From contig JAYWIR010000007.1 of NCBI GenBank assembly GCA_036172245.1, positions 3,906,001 to 3,970,000 of the forward strand: a stretch of 64,000 bases of DNA, in the 5' to 3' direction. Shown here piece by piece: positions 49,301-64,000 of the stretch. The DNA comes from Raillietiella orientalis. Lineage: Eukaryota. The number at the start of each line of letters is the position of its first letter. Within the stretch, counting starts at the first letter, position 1. The notes beneath the pieces were generated by a model. It was not told the DNA's origin and searched no databases. It saw nothing but the letters and a program-made list of their open reading frames with translations. Both the position numbers and the translations under genes were made by a program.

Positions 49301-51982
49301 TACGGGGTTAAGGGCACAAGTGTTCACATGTACCAAAAATAATTTATCTATTTGCAAACCGGCACCGTTCAATTATGAGACTGCAAACTTTCTGGTCCAT
49401 AAAGTTTTGCTGATGTTGGATTGATGCATTGGCATTTCGATTGCATGGAATATTTGTTTCTGACTGGTATAAATAGAATGATCAAATTACTCGAATTTGT
49501 GAGAAAGGAAAATGTGCCAGAGACATCCTGTGCATGTTTACTCAGAGATGAATATCTTTTTCTTCAATGAAAGAAAATGGCTGTTATGCACATCAAACCA
49601 AGTCATGTACGAGCATTGTTTAACGGACCCAAAGAGACTGGAATCTACAAATAATCCTACATGTTTCCACTATCAGTTTTCATATTGCAGTTTTTAATCA
49701 TAATTCAATGATGTTTAGATTCCACTAAAGTCTATAGGGCAGAACCAAGGCTCAATGCATCCTATGACTTTTGTTAGGACTGTGACATTCACATCGGAAA
49801 CATTCGATTCCAAAATGTCATCTTTAATAATGATAAAGGCGCACGAGTAATGTGCATTTTCTTTGCAATAGTCGTTAACAATCTTCGAGACGCTTCAATC
49901 CGGTAGTTGATTTTACTGACTCATCAAACAAAGCATGCCACACGCACCACTGTTGAAATTCTTTATCATACTGAAAACCACTTGCAGGAAAATTTTTGCT
50001 GCCTTTAATTAGAACAACTTTCATTCAGCTAATAAACGAACACCCATGTATACTTATGGCTATCATTTAGGGTTTCATTTATCCATCTTAAAGTAACAGT
50101 CCACATCAAAAATTCGTTAATCGGAACGTATTTCAAAACTTTCACAATACTCAAAAATAATTTCAATTCCTTTTACTTGTAACTTTAAAAGATTCAACAT
50201 TACCTTCCTCATTGATCTGTTCCTTGGAAAAATAAAATGGAAGTTTGGCATCTCCAAAGTCCTAAGAAAAAGAAGAAAACCATACATGAGGAGCATCCCA
50301 TTCAAATCTTGATGGCAGTAAACAGCAGTGCTAAAAATTATGAGTATGATATACTACTCCATGCATACATGTATTTTCGAGTTTATTATGCAAAAACTGT
50401 ACAGTGTAATAGTAAACATAAATAGGGATACCAATTGCATTCCAAAATGGATGCTGTGTATGATAATGAATTTATGTTGTGCAAAAATCAAAATAAAAAC
50501 ACAGTCAGTACAGCACAATTTTAGACAAAGAAATTATCCACAACAAGCTCAAGGATACATACAAGTTTTAATAGGCATTCATCAACTTGTTTCTTGGATG
50601 TTCTGCTTGTGTCCAAGCCATCTGATGCTTCCTTGAGATCAAGGTCTGTTTTACAGGAATCGACGTTTCCTGATGAAACTTCATCTGCAATACAGAAGTT
50701 AATACAAAAGCATGAAGGTTTCATCTCAACAATTACATATCACAATCAGCATGTTATGGGAAGTAGATTCAGATAATCTTTTTGCTTACATTTATGATAT
50801 TGTAATATATATATAACGATATCAAAAAGATGCACAACTTTCTTCAATGAAATAATTAAACAGTATTAATTTGAAAAATGTATGATCAGTTGCTTTTCAC
50901 TGAATTACAAACAATCAGAAAATATTTAATCTGTAGCAATAAGTTTGGCATTCTGAAATCACTGGCCAACATACTGCTGTTCTGACTGGTTGGTTTAGAA
51001 AAAAATTCAAAAATTATTTTGATCCAAAACTTTCGAGTAGATTATCTGCTAAGCAAAACATTCACAATGCTACCTGTACTTACTATTGGATTATCTAATA
51101 CAAACATATGTACAGTTCACAATGAACAGTTCTTTTAAAATACATAGTATTGCTTAAATTACATGCAATTTACTGTAAACACTGTTCTTTATGAACTCAT
51201 ATAGAGGTTATAAACAACAATCACATACCTGACACTTTTAGTTCATCTTTCTCTTGTAGTTTCCTCATTTTATATTTCCATTTTTCTCGCATAAATTTTT
51301 TACGTTTATTTGATTTATGTTTAACAAATGTTTTCTTCCTTAAATTCAGTTTACAAAAGTTGGGCTTATTGCACAGCTTAGTAGTTTTTCTCTTATTCAT
51401 TGACTTTGAAACAAGAGACTCTGGAAGTGCCTTTGAATCCATGGCATTTAATGTAGAGTTCAGCTCAGGATTTCCTTCTGCATGCAATAAATCCGTGTGT
51501 TTTATCAAGTCCGAATATTTCTTGCTTTTGATAGAAATGGCAAAAACATTTTCAGCTAAGTCCTTTGACTCCTTTGTTGACATATGACTAATTACACTAA
51601 CAGGTAGTAAATCTTTTTTTTTTGTACTAATAGATGTCATTTTACATTCTGGAGGTTGCACATCAAAATTACAGGCTTCATCACAGCAAGTTTTTCGCTT
51701 TTTACACCAATTACTGTCAGTTTGCTCATTTACATTATCAATTTTACACTGTGGAAACTTTTCCACTTCATCTGGGTTTATCCCATTAACAGTAGATTGT
51801 TCAACATAAGAATTGGCTTCTAATGGTTTCTTTTTAATTGTCACCAGTTTTAATTTGGAAAGTAACTTAGCATTGAACAGAGAACTTGATGGGACCTTCT
51901 TACACTTCTGACTACCTTTAGGCTTGCAGAGTTCAGCACCCCAAATTCTGCGTTTTGTTGAAGTTTCCTTTTCTTCAATCAT
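46314..51982 (-). CDS. RECQL4: RECQL4-like protein with degenerate helicase motifs (multi-exon; 5' end unresolved)
   Basis: N-terminal IWGAEL and NFCKLNLRKKTF...KWK; helicase-fold segments RILSGSSTLL, LTVVVTSLIS, IAFVCVPEAQC...NFHPIY, ETYHEQ, ILVASVSFTVGL...VRYLVFYDMP; RECQL4-type C-terminus SGFDVARILHGIRSP...FWK. About 11 exons joinable by phase-consistent GT-AG introns with no internal stop. Confidence 0.88.
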
Positions 51983-54659
51983 TATTTGTTTGTATTATAT
52001 GATTTCCATTATTTCCAATATACTCGTTCAGATGCTACTTTTATCCCTTGTTGTATGTTGCCTATCTGTATCCAACAAATGTCTCAGTGAATTCCAGGGA
52101 TTTCTGTTCGGACTATCACTCTTCCTTTCTACAAAAGATCATATTTTTTGTTAATGCAATTTGGCAGAAAATAAAGACTGTGCAAAGGTTTTATTATCTC
52201 TTTGGAGATCCTCTTTTGTTTGTAATTTTGAAATGTTGAAAGACCCCATTAAATTAGCAATTTTTTTTATGGTTGCAAAGCATTCTCGGCAATGACAATA
52301 GACAATCTCATTATTAATTATTGAAAAAAATACAACGATCGGAATGAAAAAAATAAACAACCACAGATTGGAGATGCAAAGACAGTTTCATATTGAAAAG
52401 AGGCAATATATTAATGTGGAATCCTAAGTGCCTGACCAAGCAAGGATCATAAAATGTCTAATTGTGCCACATTAATTTGGAATAATACTAGTGCAGTACA
52501 ATTTCTCATGTAATTCATAGGAAATTTACAAGTATTTCAGTTTGACAACAAAGTCCAAATTCTGCAAATAGAAAGGAATGTGTACCCTTTTCAATCCCTA
52601 CAACTTGAAGAATGAAAAAACACTGATTTGCGAAATTGCTTTCCAAAAGCGTTCACATACAGAATCCGGCAGCACTCATGATGTGCAGGATCTGGCAATT
52701 TAACATTATGCATGCATGAAAACTGCTGTGGATATACAGGAATCAGAACAAGCAATTTAAACCAAAATAACAGAAGAAGCCTTGTAAACCTGATCACTCA
52801 AAGTTCCAAAAATTACGTAAAGTAAAATTCAGAGGGAAAAAATTTTGGAGAAATTATGTAAGATAAAATTGAATTGGGTTGGAAAGCATTCATGTACATA
52901 TAGGGTTGAACTGCTGCTTTTACATTTGCAAGACATGCTTAACAAAGCCGTTTGTACAACACTCACTGAATAAAGAACGTTAAAGTTACATATGCAGGTA
53001 TAAGTTAATTTTCAAAAATAGTTGATATAACAGTCTAAACTACTGATGAAATAAGCCGTGTACATCTTGCAAAACAATCCACTTCATAGTATTTGATTAA
53101 AACTTTTCCTATACTGGTTTTTCAGTAAAGAGACCAAAGATCGAGGTTTAATTCAATTAAAGAAATGAGCAAAATATTACTATTGCTGAAAGTGAATAGG
53201 AATTTGGTAAAAAAATGAATAAATTCAAAAATGATTTATTAATCATAATTAATGGACAATGCATCGTAAGCAACAAGTAGTTTTCGGGAACACCGATCAT
53301 CCCTGAAAACTTCAAGAAAATAAACATCTGTTGATAATGTACAAAACCACTAACGTTTAGAATAAGGCTATCCGGTTTGTTGTACACAGGACCTCACAGA
53401 GCAATGAAATATTGAATCACCCGCCCAAGCAGTGTTGCACCCTAAGGTTTTATACTCATGACCATTCGACGCGAGGTTTTCGGATTCCATTGGATTCGGC
53501 AAGTTAGCCATTCCTACATTCCCTCATATTAAGGTTGACATTCCTTTTGCATGCATGTTCTTTTTCGTTGTTGCACACTCGATGATACATCTTGGGCTCA
53601 TTTCTTATCATAAGGCCAAGTGATATACTCGACGTACTATGAAGCTCCGTACTTTAATGGTCTTAAAATTCGATACTTTGATGTTTTTATGTATATGCTC
53701 TTTTAAATGCGCTAGCTTTTAATGAGTAGCACTTTTTAATAAGAGAAACATACGTCAGCAAAGAAAATAATGAAGAGAACTACTAATTAATCATGTAAGT
53801 TGGATCCTGATTATTTAAAGGAGAAATACTAATTAAAAAGAATTAACATTGCAAGGTTAAGGAGATACGTCATTTGAGTTGGCTTAAGAAATCGTGAAGG
53901 CACAGATGTGACAACTGGCTGAGACTGACCAGTTTACTTCGCATTAATCACGTCAGCCTGAAGAACGAATATGCCAACTCGAAACGTATTGCAGCACATC
54001 ACAAAAACCAAAACGGTTAGGAAAATAAAAACTGCATTCTCCCAAAGCATTTTTGAAGTATGAATGAAAATTAATCATTTTGGAAATATTCCAATTCTAT
54101 GATTACTTTAGCGAAAACATTTTGTTTCTTTAACAACTGAAAATAAAAAGAAACTCTATCATTTGAGACAGGATTGGAGACTTATTAATCTTATTATTCC
54201 AGCATTTGAAATGAGGCATGAGTTTCAGTTTAGACCAGATAGGAACCTAGTAAGATGTGTCATCTTCGTCTAATAACACACGTTTGTATACTAACTAATA
54301 CAGAAAAAATATTGAATATTTTGGAGAAATTGTGAGCTTTTTCTTGTTGTTAGTTAACTAAAGAATCATTAGTTAAGTGTGATTTCCCGTTTTCTTTATT
54401 TATCATGCCGATAACATGCAAAAAGAAAACCACAGTTTCCTTAACAGCACTGTAATCTATTGAGTACCCCTTCACAACTAGCCTTGCCAAGAATGCTACT
54501 ATACAATTTGCTAAAAAACAAAGTTTGCACATTCAGAATCGTTCTACCATTTTCCCCAATCCCAAAAGGGGTGTAGTGAATTTATTTTTTCATTCCTTCG
54601 CAAACATTACCTACTAGAATTTACTAAAGTTACCGCTGCACTAGCACGTTAAAAAGTCA

Positions 54660-55800
54660 CCGCACTTAGGTCTGCGCTAGGGAGAAACAGGAGTTGAATG
54701 TGCCTGGACCGTGTCCTCGATCCTTCTCAGGATATGACAGTACGTCCAGGCAGACACTTTTCCGCAGTTTCCTGTTCCTATTTCTTTCCAGATGAGTCCT
54801 CTGAGGATGGCCATGGGGCATGCAATTGTCCTGGCTGTCATCATCTTCCACCATCTTACAAGTATGGTGGTGATGAATAGGGCAATGGTGATCCTAACCT
54901 TCGTAATGTACAGTGGAACATTTCCGTTTCCCTTAAACATCCCGGCTAGGACTTCCATTTATGAGCTGTTTGGCAGTCCTACGACCCATTTCAGCGTCTG
55001 GCAACCTTGATGCATTGGGGGACAGGTCAGGACATAAAGTCTCGTGTACCTGTCATCACACGCCTTGCAATATGTATCTTCTCTTTTTCTAGAGAAGTTT
55101 TTCTTTCATTCTGGATCTACTGAGGATTCTTCCATGATGGAACTTCAGGAGGTCACCCTGGGTGTTGGGCGGTAAGTCACTCCTCCAGAGCGTCGTTCCG
55201 ATCGCCAACAGGTGAACTCTGTCGGCGCCGTGGAGGCTGGCTGGCTGGCTGTCTTCTTCGACTATTAGTCGGCGGAGGTTCTTCTTGTTCATCCTGAACC
55301 ATGCGAAGTTATCGTGGTTTTTCCACACTTCACGGGTCTTGCAGCTGAACCTTCCTTGTATTCTTTCGATATACCGGAGAACTCGGGAGGGATGAAGGTA
55401 CCATCCTCGTCTCCATTCTTGAATTTCCCGCAAGATGCTGGTTGATCCAGCTCCTCGTGTCATTAGGCACTGGAAGCATCCACGGGATCACCAGGATGGA
55501 TTCTTTCTTCCAGAGTTCCTTGCTCCTTGGAATGATCTTCAGTTGGTACTTTCGCATCAACTGTTGTTTTCTCTTCCATGTTGGGTCGATGGTAATCCAT
55601 TTCCCCGCTCGGCCGAGCAGCTCAGTCATCGGTCCTCTCGAGTTTTTTTTTAACAACGAGTAGGCCCTGTGCGCCGCATACGTCCAGTCGTCCCAATTTT
55701 CAGCGGTGTCCAGGATTTGTCGCGCGTCCACGGAGTTCACGGCGTGTCCTCACCAGGATTTTGTGTTCTTGAACCGTTCTACCGTATTTCTGCCTTCATT
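54660..55800 (-). mobile_element. 5'-truncated LINE relic (ORF2 C-terminus with zf-RVT)
   Basis: LWRSDLPPNTQGDLLKFHHGRIL, then after a frameshift YCKACDDRYTRLYVLTCP, then a hydrophobic helix and WWK, matching the layout of the relics at 33.5 and 36.6 kb. GC-richer island in AT-rich flanks. Confidence 0.65.
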
Positions 55801-57949
55801 GAAGATTTTTCGTATCTAATTTTGCGGCTTTCATATATAGATTCAGAGTCCTTTGCAGCTACTGCTCTACTATAAAATCATATGCACCAGCCACTGGCAC
55901 CTTTTATCTCAACTCACTGCATGTCCGTTTCAAATATGCTGCAGGTCACAATTTTGGACGAAACGTATGGCAATTCCTCACCCTGTACTAGTTTTTTTTT
56001 TTTTATATTTGATTTCTTTTTTTTTTTTTTTGCATATGTGCCCTTTAATTTCGCTGGTTTCCCACTATTAGGTTTGTTAGGTCTTTCGAGTTCAGTGCTA
56101 AGGATGGACTCAAACCGAATGAGTAGAAGTGATGGAAATACAGAACTTTCATTAAACAACGGTTACATTGATAGAACATGCAATCAAACGGTTATATGAG
56201 GAAGAGGAAAGATTAAAACGCTGATTGGCAGTAACCACCCTCTTGTTCAGTGGCACGTTTTCCATCCTTAGTACAGATTTATAAGGACCTAGTTACGAAA
56301 AAAAGAGGGAGTGCAACCCCAAAACATAGCTTTATCATAACCACCACATCCTTGAATCTCCAATTTCGCAGTGCTTAAAGATTAACCAAGACAGATAGGA
56401 ATCACCTGCGATATTGTGCACCAACAGTTTCTATGCTGTTGCATGCATACTGGAAAATCTGGAGGATTCCTACATCGTACCTATGGGAATTTTAGTTGGT
56501 TCCCCATTTTCCTAATACAGTTTCGTATTTTTGAATTCGTCGTCAGAAGGTGCGTGCATACATTGCTCTTAAGCAGAGAAAAAGGAGAGCGTCCCGGCAG
56601 TGCACATTTGCCAATGGTGTTTCCACAATTAATGGAATGTAACACAATTCCAGAGTGGGGACGCCGTTTCGATCCAACCCCCTCAATGAACGCAAAGAAT
56701 GCAGTCTTTTCTGTCTGTAGCAAGCATGCTTCCTTGACTTGTCCAGACTTGGACACTGGTTTTAGTATCCACCTTATCCATCCTCATCTTTTCATGGATA
56801 ACGCTCTTTCTCAAGAGAAATCGGATACTCTTAGCGGGCTGCTCTGTTTCATCAACGTGGCACATTTGCAAATGAACACTATTATATGTGTTTTCGACAT
56901 TCGTGTGACTGTTTCAGTGAATCCATTCAGACACACATCTTTTTCAGCAGCAACGCGCAGTGAAACAGCAGATGGCTTGTCTGCTGCATGTTTTGAATAA
57001 GCAAAACACTGATTTCGTTTCTGTTGTATTGGAAATTCGCACTGCTGTTCCTCGGAGATACATAAACTCGAAGGCGATTGAGAAACTCCAATGAAACGTG
57101 AGGAGCACACGGATTGCAAAAGGAGGAGTCGCTTTCGCACCTCTACTAGGAAAACATCAGAAAGTGGAAAAGGCAAAAACCGAATTCTGTTATTTTACAA
57201 GTTTCGCGCTCTCATGCAGGATTCAAGGCACATAACCGGAATCACCCACTATTCAAACTTGCTCAAGGGAGTGGGTGGCCAGTGGTCTCCTTGTCGAGCT
57301 TCTCGTTACAAAACTTGTCTATTCAACCAAATTATGTTACATGAAGCACGTGTTCAATGAAAAGTATTTACCACCGGAAGAATTCATTTTAGCATACAGA
57401 AAATGAAATTCGCCTTGTGCCATTCGATTGGCTAAAGTGTGAGGATAACCAATACGGAAAAGGCATCGAAACCCAGCAGTAAGAATTTCTGCTCTAACAA
57501 GTCAAACGAACAAATAGCCATTTGCACACATGGGAGGCAGGTCAAAGTTCAGCCATATGGAAAGTACTGCACTGTTATGCACATAAAAATATGCAACCGT
57601 AGAAAATGAAAACAAAACAAGACAACTTACTTTCTACGGCCATCTATCCAAATACAGAAACAGGAAGTATCAACAGTTAATAGGTTGCACAATGAACAAC
57701 GAACTAGGGTGTGCACTCAAGAGTGGGAACAGCGTCAGCTGAAAGAAATGAACACGGATAAAAGCAAGATGCAAGATGACCGAATCCTGCAGTCTCCAAA
57801 TGGAACAAGCTAACTTCAGAGAGTACACATGCTGATTGCAGACTGCGGGATATTACTAAAAGTATTCGAAGCACAAATACATTCAGCAGAATTGGACTGA
57901 AAAAACGATTCAAGATGCACATGGAAAATATTAAGATGCGTAAAAGTTC

Positions 57950-58950
57950 TGGGATCAGTCAGGGTGCTGGTCATGCAGGTCGCGTTCCGAACGGAGTGGA
58001 GCTGCGAAAGAATGGCACCGAATGCGAGGGACCGGGATCGGATTCTCCTACACGTGGAGCCGCATCCTTGCGAATGGCACGCAACACGTGGGCTGCAAGA
58101 TCATTCCTACCCTTCGACACGTTACTGATTAAGCAACTGTGTACCACGGTTATCATCTTAGCTCCAGAATTCCCACGTCTGTATGTCTTTCTAGGATTCT
58201 GCAAACCAAGTGTGGCCACGACGCGACAGCTCTTCTCTCGGTCGAGTGCTTACCACGAGACTCTCGGAAAAAGGAATGCAATGTCGTCCCTCATTTCACC
58301 TCTTGTTCGTGGGATTCAAATCAACTATTCGATTAAGATTGCTGCAGTTGAGCCAACAGAAAAACAAGAATCAGGTTTGTGTTCGTCAATGTGAAAAAAA
58401 AAAGATGTGGTTTTCCTCCAGCCGTCTATGCAAAGCACATTCTAAAAACCGTCGGCTCATTTCTCCTTCGAATTCTATCAATTTGCTACTCGTTCACCAT
58501 CACGGAAATCCCTTTTCATTCCATCCTACTTTCTTGAATAACACTGTGCATTCCTCACTAGAGTCCACGTAGGTCGGAGGAATGTGTGGAATTTTCGAGG
58601 AATAGAATATTTCCAAGTACAGAAGTCATTCCAACGAACCTATTCTTCAGGAGAATGCCTCTTCAATACCAAATGGAGTTGCTGCTGTCACGCGTCTTCC
58701 AGAGACTTCTAGTTGACAAACACAACAGATACAGAAAACGAAAAGCGTGCATTCATCTCATGGGAGGAATTGCAGAGAACGATTTTGTGACGCGAATCGA
58801 TTTTGTTCTGGATGGGAAACAAGCAACTGGTGCGAGCTTTGCTAAGCGAAGGATTTATCTCATTTGCAGGGACCGCTGAAACGCTGTACCACTCTAGGAA
58901 TGTCTTGGCGTGCCCCTCCAGTTTTGGTGCTCCGGGACGTTCGAAACCCT
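57950..58950 (+). mobile_element. Possible decayed LINE APE endonuclease fragment
   Basis: FVTRIDFVL (APE RID motif-like) followed by SWRAPPVL (WxLN-like); upstream TWAARSF...VIIL. Weak. Confidence 0.35.
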
Positions 58951-61900
58951 CGATGGAACGATTCCAAAGTCTTCTTGGAGTTCCCACCCCAAAACCATCA
59001 CGAAGAGGAGGTTGCTTTGTGTGCATCATCGGTGTACTGGCGTACGTCCCTTTCGTCTACGATTACATCCCTGATTCTAATCGTATCGAAGGCATTTGTG
59101 TGGATCCAGGATTCTGCACTATTTCTCCGTTTCCACTAAAAGTGGATATCCATCCGAGCATCTCTTTCTAAAACGTTCGAACATGTTACTGTAAACCTTT
59201 TATTAAATATCGGGTGTACGAAAGAAAAAAACATGCTTTATTTATTAACAATGCAAACAAAAATTTTTAATCTCCTGGAAATCTGTGTTAGAAACATGTA
59301 CTGAAGAATCATCCGAAATTGAAATGTAATGCACTGTGCTTTATTCAAATTAGCACAAATCAAAATGAAATTTTCAGAAGAAAATGTTTGAATCCACATC
59401 AGCCCTGCTGCTCACGAATTCCAAACTTTCCTTCAGTTTAATATATCCTCATTGATATTTAATGAAATTTAACCCACCTACTACTACTCGACAATTATCT
59501 CATGGAATGCATTTCAATTTCAATTCCTTGACTTATTCTCCTATTAATCTCATTCTCCTCCCTCATTATCCTGTATCTCCTATATAGCAACGAGTCCCCC
59601 TCCCTCACAGTCAATTCAATCTCAAACCAATGAATCTGACCATACGAATATTCAGACTTCAAAAAAACATCAAATTGGACTCACTTCTAATCCCTAATAG
59701 ATACAAACTACGCTTCCTTACTACAGATAATCACCCACTTATTCCGTATAACATCTTAACCCCCACAGTGATCGCACCCTCAGATTTTCTCCATTCATGA
59801 ATCCAATGAGTAAATGACTTCATTCGTGTTTTTAATAATGTCCTGTCTTTATTAAGTAAAGAGTCAATTCTGAAAAAAAAAATTCATGGCCGAAAAGTAT
59901 TATTCTGGCAATGAAGACCTTACAGTGCTTACTTATAGATCAAATAAGGGTTGCATCCATAATAAAGTCTACAGTCTGGAAAATTTTGTTACTCAGAATC
60001 CAATGCACGATTCCACTGAACTGATCAATGAATGAAAATCTTCTAGAAAAAAATTTAAATTCCAAGCCTGTGGTTACACTATATCATCACAACTATGTGG
60101 AACGTGTGATTAATTTCTGTTTCTCTCAAAGCAAACAGATGATGATTTGCTGTCTTGAAAAGCAAACAAAAAAAAAAAAAGGTGCGCTTTTTTTTTCGTT
60201 TCATTTTTAAGAGTCTCATTATTCATTGAATGGGATTCACTTTTTTCCCTAGAACCTTTTTCCTTAATCCATACTGCTCCCTTAGGTATTAAGATCATCA
60301 GAAAGTGAGGTGTATTTATCAAAGCTAGAGCTTCCAGTGACACCTAAGTTCAACTGCCACAAACTCTCCTTACGAATCAGAGTTGATTCATTAATTGTAG
60401 ACCCAAAATCGTCTGACCATTTTATGTAAAAGTGATTATTGCATTCTAACATATGTTAATCGGTTACAGTAGCATGAAGCTGTTCTTCTCTGACAAATTT
60501 TTCTATTTTTTGTGACCAGCCATTTATTTATTTGAGAATAAGCGAAGTTATGTACTGTGATGATAAACAAACATTCATACCTTGTATGGTTTATCTCATG
60601 ATAGAATCAGCATCATTTCACTTTTGTGAATTCTTCTGTCCTTGAGAACAAATGTTTTTCTATTTCCTTAGAAAACCTATCCTAAATATCCTTCCCATTG
60701 ATCCACCTTCGAATCTTTAGCTATTTGATAAGGTTTTCATGTTTTTTCAATGCACTTTTACCTGACACTTGTATTGACAGTTGATTGCAAAGAAGCTCTT
60801 GAGCAATTTTTTGAGCTTCGTATATAAGTTGTACTTTGGAGAACATGACTGTGAATGATATCTTTTACTGAGAAAACACATTTGCATGAAACACATAGCT
60901 TATTCTCAAGACGCAGGAAGGTTCGCGAAGACATAGATTCAACTTACAATACGTATTAGAGTAGTAATATACCAATCCTTGGTTATGATATGACTTTAAA
61001 ATTTCACACTAGATAGATCTTTCCTTTCAGTTCAGCGATCACGACAAGTCCTCGTTCTCTTCTCCAAGTGGTTAATGAAGATTTTTTTCTATCACATTAT
61101 TGAAACAAGGAGTTTTTACTCTTTTTAATATGATCACAATGGACTGCTCTTCAACTGATGTAGTAGCATTTGATGATGGTCAGTTTTGATATTACTATTC
61201 ATATGCTTCCAAATAATTTCACTTTTTAAACTGTGATTTGTTGGGATTCAATGAAGTAAATATCTATGATTTTTTAGCTGTTCCCTAAAAGTATTAAGGC
61301 GATTTGATTTTTCAGCTAGCTTGTCCTACAGAAAATTGTTTAAGAGAATTATTCTTAAGCAGATCTATGTCAAACTAAATTAACAAGTTAACAACATTAT
61401 TAACAAGTTTAATGTTAGTTTAGTGTTTGTTTTGCCTTTAGAATGCTGCATTATGAGTTAACACCTATTATGCTGCAAATCATCAGTTTACTTAATGAAG
61501 TCATTTTTCCGTGTAAGTGAAAAATATTGTGATCGTGAAATTTTCCGACATCTGTTGTGAAAAATGGAAATGAATGGTCTGATTTTAGAATAGATGGAAT
61601 CCTTATGGTAGGATGATTTGGCAGTTCTAAGTTTCGCGAGGTTTGGATCTTAATCGTAACCTCAAATTTCAAGTTTTCAATTATAATTGAAAAATTGAAA
61701 TAAAGATCATTAGTCTTGTGATTATTATCTATCAGGAAAGGCATGTTCTGCATTTCAAAGCATGATGTTGATTGTACTCTAAGAAAAAGTGGAGGCTAAT
61801 TCTGTTTCCCAAACTTGTGGTTACACTTGCCTCTAAGCGTGGTTATACGTAGAGGATGTATGCATCGCATTAACTTTTATAAGTGTGTTCTGTTGTGTGG

Positions 61901-62194
61901 GTAAATGCCAACAGACTTTTGAATGTTAAAATTTCCATGAACTGAGTTGTTCTATTCTTATATGAATACGTGCCGTTACTGTGTTTTCAACCGGCTGTGT
62001 TTCCAATTAGTCCTTTCACAGTACTTTGCCAAACATAACTAATTATTATTATTATCTTGATTTCATTGCATTTTTCATAAAAAAAAAAGAATGTGAAGAA
62101 AAAAACAAACATTCTGAGCCAATTATTAATCGAACAAATAATTCAAATGCTGATACAATAGTTCCTATTAGGTGCGCCTTGTTCCGTATTTTAA

Positions 62195-63231
<1,037 letters not shown>

Positions 63232-63274
63232 TATCTAATACAACAAATAAAATTATGATAAAGCACAAAAGTTT

Positions 63275-63684
63275 TTATTTTGTTCCTGAACTAGCTAAAG
63301 GATTACGGAGTACAAGAATGACTGAGTCACCTCTCAAAAACATTTTTGAAATATAGCGATCCTTATTAACGGGCTTGGCCTTCTTTCGGCCTCTACCTGT
63401 GCGAGGTAGTTCTGTCCACATCTCCTTAACATTCTCCAGTACCATATTACAGTGTCTATCAAATGCTTTTACTCTTCCCAGTAACTTTTTGTTGTTGCGA
63501 CTGTTGATGAGTACTTGCGTATTATTTTTGACTGATTGCGTGAGGACGGATAACGGACCAGTGCTAAACTCTTCTTCTTCCCTTTTCGAAAGTTCTTCCT
63601 GAGACATTTCGGATTTGGGTTTGTTGGTCAGTGAAGCCCTATGAAAGTCATATACATAATGAAAATCTAGACATACACTTACAT
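63275..63684 (-). CDS. SNRPD2: Small nuclear ribonucleoprotein Sm D2
   Basis: Start codon split AT (63684-63683) | 44-nt GTAAG...ATAG intron | G (63638); protein [12 protein letters not shown]...[19 protein letters not shown]...[20 protein letters not shown]...[17 protein letters not shown]. Confidence 0.97.
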
Positions 63685-64000
63685 AATAATTTAGAAATCC
63701 TCTAATTTCCAAATTCTCTTTTAAAGTTTGTCTCTGAAACATTCAAAAACATTAAGCTGAAAAAGCTACTAACAAATCGCGCAAGTCGTTTGTTGATTCA
63801 CTGATATACTGTATTTTAAATAAATACGAAGTAGAGAATTCCTTTAGTATAACCGCACTAAAATTACCGCATTTAAGTAAATTATTAAAAGCTTTGCCAA
63901 GGACACAACATTGCATTCAATTTCTCATCATAACATTGCATTCCGGATACACTCACGCTCACATGCACAGCGTCACACTTACCTCTCACTGATGAAGCTT

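Noticed and set aside
56416..57360. 194-aa plus ORF and overlapping minus ORFs
   Set aside because: No motif or splice pattern I can support; left unannotated.
63639..63742. N-terminal extension of SmD2 in the 155-aa ORF
   Set aside because: It reads through the intron and upstream sequence; the split AT|G start gives the normal-length protein.

Overview
Eukaryotic (metazoan, probably ecdysozoan invertebrate) genomic scaffold with a compact gene style (GT-AG introns mostly 40-60 nt) and one 100-N gap; the species cannot be named from sequence alone. The left ~38 kb is repeat-rich: decayed L1/Tx1-type LINE pieces, a near-complete but decayed endogenous CRESS (circular Rep-encoding ssDNA) virus with ambisense cap and rep (~2.55-4.5 kb), an eIF3f pseudogene fragment, a ~642-bp tandem array (~9 copies, 6.8-12.5 kb), a ~700-bp tandem array (~27 copies, 13.5-32.6 kb) with higher-order structure, then two head-to-tail LINE relics. 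The right ~26 kb holds host genes: eIF6, an RNF212/Zip3-family RING protein, pyruvate dehydrogenase phosphatase (5' part not found), a spliceable RECQL4-like gene whose ATPase/helicase motifs I, II, III and VI are degenerate, proteasome alpha-type-6 and SmD2, with more LINE relics between. The most notable items are the RECQL4 pseudo-helicase, the CRESS endogenous viral element and the two abutting arrays. All homology calls come from motif recognition by eye; no database search was run.
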